From contig CANSHI010000005.1 in assembly GCA_947646655.1 (NCBI GenBank), forward strand, positions 1,599-65,598: a DNA stretch of 64,000 nt, given 5' to 3'. The notes below the pieces were generated by a model. That model was given only the letters and a program-made list of their open reading frames with translations, did no database searches and was not told the origin of the DNA. Positions 38,790 to 48,576 of the stretch are shown here, one piece after another. Origin of the DNA: an uncultured bacterium (GTDB lineage Bacteria; Bacillota_I; Bacilli_A; RF39; UBA660). The position numbers were made by a program, and so were the translations under genes. Position 1 is the stretch's first letter; each line of letters starts with the position of its first letter.

Positions 38790-38931
38790 AAAAAAAGTGA
38801 TAGGTCTTTCGACCTATCTTCAGGGGGTTTTGGTCGACTTCGGCCCATTAAAATCATGGGCGGAGGTCTAGCATGACATTACTCAAATATCACGCTATAA
38901 TAATCATACTTTAATTTTAGTTTTTTGTCAA
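38790..38931 (-). ncRNA. Candidate roughly 100-nt small RNA, or pnp 3' terminator region: promoter-like TTGACA-17-TATGAT, two hairpins, terminator
   Basis: On the minus strand, TTGACA (38931-38926), a 17-nt spacer and TATGAT (38908-38903). The transcript would contain GCCCAT…ATGGGC and GATAGGTC-GAAA-GACCTATC hairpins followed by T8. pnp read-through is an alternative explanation. Confidence 0.25.
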
Positions 38932-38966
38932 TCCAAAATTTCTAAAAATTGTCAAAAATTTTTATT

Positions 38967-41126
38967 TTATTTTTTTTCAATTGTTTTTTCTTTTTTTTCC
39001 GACTTTGGAAGTGCTTCTTTTCTCGATAAATTTAGTCTTCCTCTGTTGTCAAATCCTGTAGCTTTTACTATAATCGTGTCTCCTACTTTTACTATATCAC
39101 TCGGTTTTTCAACTCGCTTATTATCTAATTCACTGACGTGTACTAAGCCTTCACACAAAGGCCATAATTCTACAAAACAACCAAATGTTTCCACCTTAGT
39201 AACTTTTCCTGTGTAAACTTGTCCTATTTCAACTTCTTTTACTACATTGGAAATCATCTCAATAGTTTTGTCAATAATTTCTTGATTAGAATGATATACT
39301 ACTACATGTCCATCATCATCAATATCAACTTTAACAGCATCTTTGTCATTGACAGTTTTAACATTAGAGGATTCTAAAATAATTTTTGTAATCATTTCTC
39401 CACCACGACCAATAACATCTTTAATTCTTTCAGGTTTAATATCCATCATAGCGATTTTTGGTGCATAAGGACTTAACTCTTTTCTTGGTTCGGGAATTAT
39501 ACTTGTCATTAAGTCAAGTATTTGTAATCTCGCTTTATGTGCTTGTGCTAAGGCTTCTTTTAAAATACTTTGGGTAATTCCTTTGATTTTTATATCCATT
39601 TGAAGAGCTGTAATTCCATTTTTAGAACCTGCTACTTTAAAATCCATGTCTCCCATGTGATCTTCTAAACCTTGAATATCGGTTAATATAGCATGTTTTT
39701 TCCCTTTTGTTATTAAACCCATTGCAATACCTGCTACAGGAGCTTTAATAGGAACTCCAGCTGCCATTAAGCTTAAACATCCAGCACATATAGAAGCTTG
39801 ACTAGAAGAACCGTTACTTTCTAAGATTTCACTTACGACACGTATTGTATAAGGAAATTCTTCCTCACTAGGTATGACTTGTAAAAGTGCACGCTCGCCA
39901 AGAGCTCCATGTCCAATTTCACGTCGGCCAGGTGCTCCGTATCTTCCTGTTTCACCTACACTAAAGTTAGGGAAATTATAATGAAGCATAAACCTTTTCA
40001 TATCTTCGATACCTAATCCATCGAGTATTTGATGTTCACCAATTGCTCCAAGTGTCGTAGTACTTAAAGCTTGTGTTTGTCCTCTTGTGAACATTGCACT
40101 TCCATGTGTACGAGGTAGAGTATCTATTTCTGCACTCAATGGTCTTATTTCATCAAGTTTTCTTCCGTCTGGGCGAATACCTTCTAAGACAATTAAATCA
40201 CGTACTAACTCGGCTTCTAACTCGTCAACTAGTATTCTAACATTTTTAAGTATGTCCGCTAAGTTTTCATTTTCAGCATATATTTCACCAAAATGGCCTA
40301 TTGCTGAAGTTTTAACGTTTTCAATCATCTCAAATTTTTCTTCTTTTGTACCTGGTGTACGAATAGCTTTATCCATGGCTTCTTTTGAGTATTCTTTTAC
40401 GATAGTAGTAAGCTCAGGGTCGATACAAGCTAAGTCGACTGTAATCTTTTCTTTTCCAACTTCTTTTATTATTTTTTCTTCAAATTCACAAAGTTCCTTT
40501 ATAGCAGCCTGACCAAATTCTATAGCTTTAAGCATTACTGCTTCAGATACTTCTTTAGCTCCTGCTTCAATCATACATATATCGGTTTTAGTTCCCGCGA
40601 GAGTGAGAAGTAATTCAGATTTCTCTGTTTCTTCAACTGTCGGATTGATAATATATTCTTTACCAATTTTACCTACTCTGACTCCCGCGATAGGCCCATC
40701 GAATGGAATATCGCTTATACCTAAGGACAAGGAAGCTCCCAGCATAGCGGCCATTTCTGGTGAATTGTCAGGGTCCACTGATAAAACCATATTTACGACT
40801 TGAACTTCATTTCTAAAACCATCTGCAAACATAGGTCTAATAGGTCTGTCGATCAATCTGGCATTTAGTGTTGCTTCATCAGTTGGCTTTCCTTCACGTT
40901 TTATAAAGCCTCCTGGAATTTTACCTACTGAATAAAGTTTTTCTTGGTAAAGAACTGTAAGTGGGAAAAAATCTGCTGTGCTGACATTGTTACTCATTAC
41001 TGAAGCACTTAATACGACTGTATCTCCATATCTAATTAAAGCAGAGCCATTTGCTTGTTTAGCTTTGTCACCTGTTTCAACTGTGATTGTTCTTCCCCTA
41101 AAATCTAATTTAAATTCTTTTTTCAT
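38967..41126 (-). CDS. pnp: Polyribonucleotide nucleotidyltransferase (PNPase)
   Basis: 719 aa with two RNase PH domains, KH and S1 domains; conserved position downstream of rpsO. Confidence 0.95.
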   Translation of the reverse strand: MKKEFKLDFRGRTITVETGDKAKQANGSALIRYGDTVVLSASVMSNNVSTADFFPLTVLYQEKLYSVGKIPGGFIKREGKPTDEATLNARLIDRPIRPMFADGFRNEVQVVNMVLSVDPDNSPEMAAMLGASLSLGISDIPFDGPIAGVRVGKIGKEYIINPTVEETEKSELLLTLAGTKTDICMIEAGAKEVSEAVMLKAIEFGQAAIKELCEFEEKIIKEVGKEKITVDLACIDPELTTIVKEYSKEAMDKAIRTPGTKEEKFEMIENVKTSAIGHFGEIYAENENLADILKNVRILVDELEAELVRDLIVLEGIRPDGRKLDEIRPLSAEIDTLPRTHGSAMFTRGQTQALSTTTLGAIGEHQILDGLGIEDMKRFMLHYNFPNFSVGETGRYGAPGRREIGHGALGERALLQVIPSEEEFPYTIRVVSEILESNGSSSQASICAGCLSLMAAGVPIKAPVAGIAMGLITKGKKHAILTDIQGLEDHMGDMDFKVAGSKNGITALQMDIKIKGITQSILKEALAQAHKARLQILDLMTSIIPEPRKELSPYAPKIAMMDIKPERIKDVIGRGGEMITKIILESSNVKTVNDKDAVKVDIDDDGHVVVYHSNQEIIDKTIEMISNVVKEVEIGQVYTGKVTKVETFGCFVELWPLCEGLVHVSELDNKRVEKPSDIVKVGDTIIVKATGFDNRGRLNLSRKEALPKSEKKEKTIEKK

Positions 41127-41147
41127 TTATACCTCTTCTATAATCTA

Positions 41148-41162
41148 GTCTCGAAAAGAGAC
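41148..41162 (-). promoter_or_regulatory. Stem-loop in the rpsO-pnp intergenic region (pnp leader)
   Basis: GTCTC-GAAAA-GAGAC hairpin immediately upstream of the pnp RBS. Comparable stem-loops (RNase III sites) are known in rpsO-pnp spacers. Confidence 0.3.
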
Positions 41163-41197
41163 ATTTATTAAATAAAAAGACACTAAAAATAAAGTGC

Positions 41198-41467
41198 CTA
41201 TTTTCTTATATTTAACTTCTTTATTAGTTCACGATATGCTACAACATCGTTTTCCTTCAAGTAGTCAAGTAAACTACGTCTCTTACCAACTTTCATAAGA
41301 AGACCTCTTTTTGAATGATAATCGTGAATGTGTACTTTTAAGTGTTCAGTTAAGTCATTAATTTCGTCTGTTAGAATAGCGATTTGAACTTCTGTTCTAC
41401 CAGTATCTTTATCATTTTTACCGAACTCTTTTACACGAGCAAGTCTTTGTTCTTTAGTGACTGCCAT
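41198..41467 (-). CDS. rpsO: 30S ribosomal protein S15
   Basis: [15 protein letters not shown]… 89 aa from the internal Met, with AGGAGG 7 nt upstream; the track ORF begins at an upstream in-frame Met. Confidence 0.9.
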   Translation of the reverse strand: MAVTKEQRLARVKEFGKNDKDTGRTEVQIAILTDEINDLTEHLKVHIHDYHSKRGLLMKVGKRRSLLDYLKENDVVAYRELIKKLNIRK

Positions 41468-41836
41468 ATTCGTTCCTCCTTTATTTATACTCAATTTAAA
41501 CTTTGTAAGTAAGATGGAGTTCATACAAACAATGTAAAAATCTATATGTAGTATACAAGAAATTTATTGATAAATCAAGTGGGTTGAGTGAAATTTTTTA
41601 TCAAGATGTAAAGACCGTTGTTTTTTATAAAGTGATGCTTTTGTCAAAATGCTATTTTTGACGTCAATTGCCCTATCTAAGCCAAAAAATTGACATTCAT
41701 TAGTGGATGTGTTTTAATAAAAAATTAAGAGCACATCTATTCGTTGTTTCTCCTTTCTTACCTCAATCAACATGATTTTCATAAAATGCTTTACTCAGGG
41801 GGCTAAATATAAAGTAGGAAGGAGTTGATCGGTTTT

Positions 41837-41914
41837 ATGTCTAATAAACTTAAAACTGTGCTTAGCATCCTGCTAGCACTAATCATTCTCGTCCTTTCGT
41901 GCGAGAGTGATTGA
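41837..41914 (+). CDS. Tiny lipoprotein-signal-like ORF (25 aa, MSNKLKTVLSILLALIILVLSCESD)
   Basis: AGGAAGGAG RBS 8 nt upstream; a lipobox-like VLSC followed by only three residues. Speculative. Confidence 0.2.
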   Translation: MSNKLKTVLSILLALIILVLSCESD

Positions 41915-42068
41915 CAGGAAAAAAAGACACGATAGATCCTTGAGGTATCTGTAGTGTCTTCAAAAATCATGGAGATACACATGCATACGTGTGCTCTTTC
42001 CTAATTAGATTATACTACACTTGAGAGATTTTTCAAGTATTTTTTTACAATGTGATTAAGTTAATTTT

Positions 42069-42302
42069 TTAAATATAATCTTCGGTTAATTCGTCGTCAA
42101 TCATATTTATAGTATATTGCCATTCATCTTTTAATCCTTTAAGTTTCAGCATGTCATCAATATAGATATTGCCAGTATTGACATTGTTCATGAATGAAAA
42201 TGCTTCTGTATATGTAATAGCTATTCCTTCTAAATTAGCACTTTTATATATGTTGTCAACTAACTTTCTTTTAGCCAAAAATATATTTTCTTCTTTTGTC
42301 AT
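42069..42302 (-). CDS. Hypothetical small protein (77 aa), last gene of the polysaccharide locus
   Basis: ORF only. Confidence 0.3.
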   Translation of the reverse strand: MTKEENIFLAKRKLVDNIYKSANLEGIAITYTEAFSFMNNVNTGNIYIDDMLKLKGLKDEWQYTINMIDDELTEDYI

Positions 42303-42407
42303 ATCGTATTTATTTTTTATAAGTTAAACCTCCATATAATTATACTAAATTTCTTATTATAAGTCTAAGATTTTTGTATAGAAAAACGACTCTAGTTATA
42401 GATTCGT

Positions 42408-43178
42408 TTATTTAATAGTTCTGTATTTAACAGATGGCATTTCGACTTCTTCGTTATTCAAAACTTTCTGTGGATTAGTTACTAATAAACGTTCAAATTC
42501 GCTTTTACCTAACATTCTCTTTAGCTTTTTCATCGATTTATCAAAAGTATTATCGTCTTTTATGTGGTGAAGATCTGTAGAAATGATACTTACAAGACCT
42601 TCTTTTAAAAGCTTTTTAACAAGGCTTTTTGCATGTCTACCATAATAACCTTCAATACTTTTAATATTACATTGTAGTCGACAATCGAAATCTAAAAACT
42701 CGTATATTTTGCTAAAGTTTTCTTGAATATATGAATAACGTTCGGGATGAGCGATTATCGGTATGATTCCAGCTTCATTTAGTTCATAGATGACATCTTG
42801 AATATAGCGTAATTTCTGATTAAGTGGAAATTCTACTAATAGATATCTGCTGTTGTTAAGCGTAGTAATTTCACCCGATTTCAAAAGATTAATCAATACT
42901 TTTCCATTATTTATAAATACTTCGTTTCCTAAGTATAATTTTACTTCGTCATCATTTAGTTCTTTTTTTAATTTTTCTAATATTCCTTGTCTCGTCTTTA
43001 CTACACTATTGTAATTGGTATTTACGATGTAATGAGACGTTAAACAGATGTGCTTGAATCCACGTTCACTTAAATATTTTATATTTTTAACAGCTTCTTC
43101 TAAACTTTTGGCTCCATCGTCTACTAAAGGTAAACTGTGATTATGTAAATCTATTAAATTATTCATAATAGTGTCCAT
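42408..43178 (-). CDS. PHP-family Mn-dependent protein-tyrosine phosphatase (CpsB/YwqE type)
   Basis: N-terminal DLHNHSLPLVDDGAKSLEE (PHP His motif); 256 aa; adjacent to a BY-kinase. Confidence 0.8.
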   Translation of the reverse strand: MDTIMNNLIDLHNHSLPLVDDGAKSLEEAVKNIKYLSERGFKHICLTSHYIVNTNYNSVVKTRQGILEKLKKELNDDEVKLYLGNEVFINNGKVLINLLKSGEITTLNNSRYLLVEFPLNQKLRYIQDVIYELNEAGIIPIIAHPERYSYIQENFSKIYEFLDFDCRLQCNIKSIEGYYGRHAKSLVKKLLKEGLVSIISTDLHHIKDDNTFDKSMKKLKRMLGKSEFERLLVTNPQKVLNNEEVEMPSVKYRTIK

Positions 43179-44499
43179 AATACTTGCTCTTATTAGTATC
43201 AGTTCTATTTAAAACGATACCCATAATATTAGCGTTTACGTTTTCAAGATTTTTCTTAGTATCTTCTAATAATTTTTTAGAAGTCTGTTTATAACCTGTA
43301 ACAACGATGACACCATCGACTAAAGTACTCATAACTAAGGAATCTGCTAGACCATTGATCGGTGCTCCATCAAATATAACGATGTCGAAGTTTTTCGATA
43401 AGGACTCCACTAATTTTTTGTTTTTTTCTGAGTTAAGTAATTCACTCGGATTTGGAGGAGTTACACCTTTAAACATTAAGTATAAATTGTCTATATTAGA
43501 TTTAAATATATAGTTTCTGTATACTTGTCCAACGTCTTCAAGAAGCAAGTTAGAAAGTCCTTTTTTATTAGGCGAACCAAAAATGTGGTGCTGACGGCCT
43601 TTACGTATGTCACAGTCTACTAAAAGAACACGGCTTCCACTATTTGCGAGTGATACTGCTAAGTTGGAAGTGACGAAACTCTTTCCTTCACCTGGTACGC
43701 TACTTGTTACTAAAATGGTTTTCATCTGTTTATCGATAGATGAGAATTGAAGATTTGTACGAAGAGTACGGATTGCCTCACTAATGCCAGATTTAGCATC
43801 ATTCATGATAATAAGCTCCTTATCACCCATTTTTTCTTTGTTTTTAGGGACTGCACCTAAAATAGGTAATTTGAACTCTTTCTCTATTTCTTCTTCACTT
43901 TTGACCGTATCATCGAAATAATACATAAGAGCAATAAGCAAGCTACTTATGGCAAAACCAGCACCTGTTCCAAATACAAACTGTTTCAATACATGAACAT
44001 TATATGGTGAGTCACCTGTTGTAGCTTCATCGATAATACTGACATTTTCAATATTATAAATAGTTGTAATTTCTGTTTCAAAAACTTTAGCTATTTCATT
44101 GGCTATTTTTTTAGCTGTACTACTCTTCTCATTATAGACGAAGATATTAATAATTTCTGTATCTTCTTTAGTGCTAACTTTTACTTGATCTTTTAAATCT
44201 TCATAAGCGATATCCAAGTCTAGGTTAGTTATAACTTTGTTAAGTATTCTTCTACTTTGAATGATCTCTCTATAAGTAGATACTAAGTTTTTATTGATAG
44301 TAATATCCGTTTGTGTAATAGTTGTATTTTCTTGAGAGTTATTTACCAATACTAAGCTAGTTTTAGCTTCATATACTGCTACTTGTATGTTATAAGTATA
44401 AAGTATACTTGCTATAAGTCCTAAAATTGTCAGTATAATAACAATTACAACTCGATTCCAATAGTATTTTAAAAATTCTAAAATATTAAATTCTTCCAT
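43159..44499 (-). CDS. Fused capsular polysaccharide co-polymerase (Wzz/CpsC-like) and bacterial tyrosine kinase (CpsD-like)
   Basis: N-terminal TM plus periplasmic Wzz-like domain and a second TM; C-terminal Walker A VTSSVPGEGKSF, Walker B VLLVDCD, and a Tyr-rich tail KSKYYGHYYE. Likely start is MEEFNIL with an AAGGGG RBS. Confidence 0.75.
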   Translation of the reverse strand: MEEFNILEFLKYYWNRVVIVIILTILGLIASILYTYNIQVAVYEAKTSLVLVNNSQENTTITQTDITINKNLVSTYREIIQSRRILNKVITNLDLDIAYEDLKDQVKVSTKEDTEIINIFVYNEKSSTAKKIANEIAKVFETEITTIYNIENVSIIDEATTGDSPYNVHVLKQFVFGTGAGFAISSLLIALMYYFDDTVKSEEEIEKEFKLPILGAVPKNKEKMGDKELIIMNDAKSGISEAIRTLRTNLQFSSIDKQMKTILVTSSVPGEGKSFVTSNLAVSLANSGSRVLLVDCDIRKGRQHHIFGSPNKKGLSNLLLEDVGQVYRNYIFKSNIDNLYLMFKGVTPPNPSELLNSEKNKKLVESLSKNFDIVIFDGAPINGLADSLVMSTLVDGVIVVTGYKQTSKKLLEDTKKNLENVNANIMGIVLNRTDTNKSKYYGHYYE

Positions 44500-44580
44500 G
44501 TAAAATTTCCCCTTTTTTATCACGATTACTTTACCATATTTTGTTAGAAAAATCAAGTGTTTCGAACTAAAAAAGCCCTT

Positions 44581-45042
44581 TTAATAAGTGCTTCTTCTTT
44601 CAATGTTTCTTTTCTCATCGTCATCGGTAGTTAAATATTTTATGAACACTCCTTGTACAAGACTTTCCCCTTTTGAAAAACAGTGTTCTTCTGTACTTTC
44701 GTTTTGAATACTTAACCACATGTGACCTTCATTGTCTTTATTATTATAGTAGTCTGCATCTATTACACCAAGTTGATTTGTTAAACGGATGTTGTACTTA
44801 AATCCAGTGCCACTTCGCACTACTAACAATAATACTTCATCAGAGTTAAATAGAGCTTTGATACCAGTAGGTATTTTCTTTATTTCTCCTGGTTTAATTG
44901 TTATGTCTTCTATAAGACTGAAATCGTATCCTGCTGTTTTATCAGAATCTCTTTTGGGCAATTCAAAAGAATTATACAATTCTCGATTGTCACTTATATC
45001 TTTTTTAAATGGTTCAAAAGTTATTTTTTCAAATTTACGCAT
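44581..45042 (-). CDS. dUTPase-family protein (motifs I-IV present, C-terminal motif V not evident)
   Basis: TAGYDFS (motif I), VVRSGTG (II), GVIDADYY (III), GESLVQGVF (IV). The C-terminus is acidic and lacks RGxGGFGSTG. Confidence 0.5.
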   Translation of the reverse strand: MRKFEKITFEPFKKDISDNRELYNSFELPKRDSDKTAGYDFSLIEDITIKPGEIKKIPTGIKALFNSDEVLLLVVRSGTGFKYNIRLTNQLGVIDADYYNNKDNEGHMWLSIQNESTEEHCFSKGESLVQGVFIKYLTTDDDEKRNIERRSTY

Positions 45043-45538
45043 ATTTTTTAACTTCTTTCTTTTTGGTTTTAATATTATTTTTAACTTTAATAATTAAGTT
45101 TGTCAAGCACATTCCAGAGAAGCACCCGATCGTGTCTATTACGACATCATAAAATCTCGCTGTTCTACCAGGTGTGAATATTTGATGAAATTCATCACCA
45201 CATGCGAATATAAAACAGAAGATGATACTTATCATGAGAGTATGCTTTATCTTATAACATCTTAAGAAGGCATAAACTAAAATACCTAGTATTAAATAAA
45301 TTGTAAAGTGTGCTAATTTTCTTACAATAAATCTACTTCTTACGACAATTTTTACTTTTTCTTTTGGTGTATAGTCTTCTTTAAACACACTGGCATACTT
45401 ATCGATTACACTTTTTGTAAAAGAGTCACTGACTTTTATACTAGAAGAGCCATCTTGATTGGAAAAAAAGAAAATAACTGAGGCAAGTATTAAAAATAAA
45501 GCGATAATTGTAATCTTTTTTATTTTTTCTTTTTTCAT
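45035..45538 (-). CDS. VanZ-family membrane protein
   Basis: Four TM segments plus FACGDEFHQIFTPGRTARFYDVVIDTIG, the VanZ-like conserved block. Confidence 0.6.
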   Translation of the reverse strand: MKKEKIKKITIIALFLILASVIFFFSNQDGSSSIKVSDSFTKSVIDKYASVFKEDYTPKEKVKIVVRSRFIVRKLAHFTIYLILGILVYAFLRCYKIKHTLMISIIFCFIFACGDEFHQIFTPGRTARFYDVVIDTIGCFSGMCLTNLIIKVKNNIKTKKKEVKKYA

Positions 45539-47055
45539 ACTTTTTTCCTCCTCAAGAATTGCTTTAACAAATTTAAATAATATTTAAAGTTTTCATTATT
45601 GCGATATATAATTATTAAAGCTAGATTTGGAAGTAAAAGCGATAATAAGATGTTTAGAAGTAATAAGATAACTTGGTTTTCTATATTTATAAAATATGAA
45701 ATAGAGAAAGTTATACCAGCGATTAGAATAAATACTAAAATATATTCCAATGTCTCTTTAATATAATCTTTATAGTTTCTGTCAAAAAGTTTTTTGTATA
45801 CAAATTTCGGATAACTGTAGCACCATAGAGCTAATCCACTTATAATAGTACCCATGAAAACGCCTGCTAAATCAAAATAGTGAAGTAAAATGATAGATGA
45901 GACAATGTTTAATACAGATTCAATGATCGGTACAAATCTATCTTCGTGATAAATTCCGGCTGCTTCTTTAAATACCGAGTAAGATGAACGCATGGACTTT
46001 TGAAAATAGTTTAATATTAAAATTATTAAAACGAAAGTCGGCAATATAAATTCTTTTCCTACCCATACCGATATAAAAGAATTAATTATTACTAAAATTG
46101 AAATTCCCGAAAAAGTTGCAATCCAAAAGTTTAAAAAACGCACTCTTTTGAAAACGTCAAAAGTCTTTTTTTTATTATTTTCTGTAAGAAGATTGCCTAC
46201 ACTAGGCGTTAAAACATTTATGACTTGACCGAATAATTTAGATACGGCATCTATGATTAAGTTGTAGTTCGAATATAGTCCGACTGTTACGATACCTAAG
46301 TATTTAGAAATAATAATGTTATCCGTTCCGAGAACTAAAAACCCTCCGATTTTATGAAAGAATAAAGCTCTTACTTTTTGAAAAATATCTTTTTTCGTAA
46401 CTTCATCTAATTCTTCTTTGTTATTGTTTAGATATGGATAAAGTTTTGTTGCGATTATGGAAAGTACGACGTTTTCTAATAGACGTAATACTATTTTTAT
46501 ACCTAAATACAAGTAGTAATTTTTAGTTAAAATTAAAATCGCGATTTGTAATAAATTTAGTATGACTAAATAGCCAATGTGAACTATATTTACTATAAAG
46601 TTTTTTTGATTAGCATTTATTATAGAGCGTTTATATGATAAAAGATAGGAAGCAAAGACGTCAAGGATAAATAAAATATATATAAATTCTAAATTGACAT
46701 CAACTGTGACATCTGTTGCAAAGAAGTTTAAAAAAGGTGTAATAGATAGTCCTATTAGCAAAATAATTATCGATATAATGTTGTAACATTTTTTATAAAA
46801 GTTCATGAGGGCTTTTATTTTTTGATGATCGTTTTCAGCAACAGGCTTATATAAATTGTATATTATTGCAGAGCCAATACCTAATTCGACTATCGCTAAC
46901 ATAGAGACAATATTATTAAATAAGCCATTTATACCAAGGTATTCTTTTCCGAGAATTTTAATGAAAATAGCTTGAGACAATAGCCCTAGTAATATAACAA
47001 TTAGATTACTAGAAAAAGATGTAATGATATTTTTTATTGAATTTTTGACTCTCAT
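45535..47055 (-). CDS. Polysaccharide flippase (Wzx, MOP superfamily)
   Basis: 506 aa with about 12-14 TM segments; position inside a glycan locus. Confidence 0.65.
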   Translation of the reverse strand: MRVKNSIKNIITSFSSNLIVILLGLLSQAIFIKILGKEYLGINGLFNNIVSMLAIVELGIGSAIIYNLYKPVAENDHQKIKALMNFYKKCYNIISIIILLIGLSITPFLNFFATDVTVDVNLEFIYILFILDVFASYLLSYKRSIINANQKNFIVNIVHIGYLVILNLLQIAILILTKNYYLYLGIKIVLRLLENVVLSIIATKLYPYLNNNKEELDEVTKKDIFQKVRALFFHKIGGFLVLGTDNIIISKYLGIVTVGLYSNYNLIIDAVSKLFGQVINVLTPSVGNLLTENNKKKTFDVFKRVRFLNFWIATFSGISILVIINSFISVWVGKEFILPTFVLIILILNYFQKSMRSSYSVFKEAAGIYHEDRFVPIIESVLNIVSSIILLHYFDLAGVFMGTIISGLALWCYSYPKFVYKKLFDRNYKDYIKETLEYILVFILIAGITFSISYFINIENQVILLLLNILLSLLLPNLALIIIYRNNENFKYYLNLLKQFLRRKKV

Positions 47056-47128
47056 AAAATCTCTCCTTTTTAGTCTTTTTATTAATTTATATTATACACT
47101 TTATAGTGATGAAAATAAAGAATATACT

Positions 47129-47932
47129 TTAATTTTTACTCTGTTTAAAGTTGTTAATAACTAGTAGAGATAACCCTAGAAGCAGTATAATACACCCAGT
47201 TACTAGAACTAATGATAAATATTTGTCGATTATAGATACGATAAGATTAGAAAATACTTTGCTTATAATAGAAATATTTTGGTAAATTTGTCTTAAAATT
47301 AGATTTAAAGTAATAGCGATAATTCCGCATGCAGTAAAGATTGTACCTAGTTCTTTTAAAGGTTTTTTATTCAATATAATCGTTAATACTATTAAAATTG
47401 TCAATAAAACTGTTAACACTATAATAACTGGTTTTGAAATATTTTTAACTTTGGAAATTATTAAACTCAGTTTAGATACCGTTGAAGGAAAAACGCTTAT
47501 CTCTTCTTTATAAATATTTACTAACTCTTTCTCAAGTCTTTCGATGTCTTTTTTCTCTTCATAACTAGGAGTTCTGTCGGCTGCATTTAGAGCTTCTGTT
47601 ATTTTTGTATCGATCTTTTTTTGGAAGTCTCTTTCATCTATATTCAGCTCTTTATTTTGAAATAATGAGTCAACTAACTTATCGATTTCAGATTTTACAA
47701 TTTTTTCGTCAACAGTGTTTTTCAATTCCTCCGTATTGAGACCAGACTCTAATGTATTATTTTCAATTTGTTCTTGTATGTTAGTGTAAATTTCGTGGTA
47801 GTAGTTTATATCTTCTAAATGATTTTTTATGTTGTTTTCATCTAGTAAAACTGACTTTCCTATGAGTAGAAAAATAAATATAATCATAGTCACAAGAGTA
47901 ATAAAGTTTAATATATGTTTAAAAATTTTCAC
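47129..47932 (-). CDS. Hypothetical membrane protein with a central coiled-coil
   Basis: N-terminal TM, Glu/Lys-rich middle region, three C-terminal TMs. Confidence 0.35.
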   Translation of the reverse strand: MKIFKHILNFITLVTMIIFIFLLIGKSVLLDENNIKNHLEDINYYHEIYTNIQEQIENNTLESGLNTEELKNTVDEKIVKSEIDKLVDSLFQNKELNIDERDFQKKIDTKITEALNAADRTPSYEEKKDIERLEKELVNIYKEEISVFPSTVSKLSLIISKVKNISKPVIIVLTVLLTILIVLTIILNKKPLKELGTIFTACGIIAITLNLILRQIYQNISIISKVFSNLIVSIIDKYLSLVLVTGCIILLLGLSLLVINNFKQSKN

Positions 47933-48576
47933 TATTCTTCACCCCTATATTCACTATTCTCTAACTTTGCATATACGACAAATCTCTTTTCAGTGTGCCC
48001 AAAAGTAGAAGTTTGAAAGCAAGTATATAACATCAATATTTCTTCACCTTTGTTTGTCGGAACTTTATCGGTTTCTTTGTAGTTAATAATTTGGTGGTCA
48101 TATACTTTGTATGTAAATTTACCGTATGAAGTTTGAACGATTATTTCAGAATTTATGTCGATGTTTTTTAGTTTACTTAGAACTCCGACATTGTTATGAC
48201 CCATGTAAAGGATTGAACCGCCTTCGCCCGGGAAATAACTACTACTAGAATGCCCTATTCCGTGTTTTAAAATCGACATCGAGTCCCCGAAAAAAACGGG
48301 CAAGTCGATATTTAAAGATGGTATTTGAAGTGTGGCATATTTAGTACCATATTCCGGGTAGACAACTAGCTTATGACTTTCTTCATCGATCAAAACATCT
48401 TTGGAAGATACTTCTTTGTTGTTAATCGAAATTAAGTCGATTGTAGATTTTAATTCCTTATAACTTTTATTAAAACATATAAATAAGACACCAAAAAAGA
48501 GGAATGAATAAATGAAAGCAACTATAATAGATTTCATAGTTGCTTTTATTATTGTCTTAACGTTTTTATTAAGCAT
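47932..48576 (-). CDS. Sortase-family transpeptidase
   Basis: N-terminal TM; a His in YMGHNNVG, the TLxTC-type Cys in LMLYTCFQ, and an Arg 12 residues later (TEKRF). Confidence 0.65.
   Translation of the reverse strand: MLNKNVKTIIKATMKSIIVAFIYSFLFFGVLFICFNKSYKELKSTIDLISINNKEVSSKDVLIDEESHKLVVYPEYGTKYATLQIPSLNIDLPVFFGDSMSILKHGIGHSSSSYFPGEGGSILYMGHNNVGVLSKLKNIDINSEIIVQTSYGKFTYKVYDHQIINYKETDKVPTNKGEEILMLYTCFQTSTFGHTEKRFVVYAKLENSEYRGEE

Noticed and set aside
38790-38880. tRNA or tmRNA 3' end as the integrase target next to int
   Set aside because: I looked for tRNA T-arm/acceptor features (GGTTCGAATCC…CCA) and the tmRNA 3' end (…GGGTTCGATTCCCGCCGCCTCCACCA) on both strands. The GC-rich hairpins here do not match either, and no cloverleaf can be drawn.
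38896-38966. Dedicated pnp terminator immediately after the pnp stop
   Set aside because: There is no hairpin in the 70 nt after the stop. The first stable hairpin plus T-tract is at 38799-38818, so termination probably occurs there. This is why the small-RNA call in that region is kept at low confidence.
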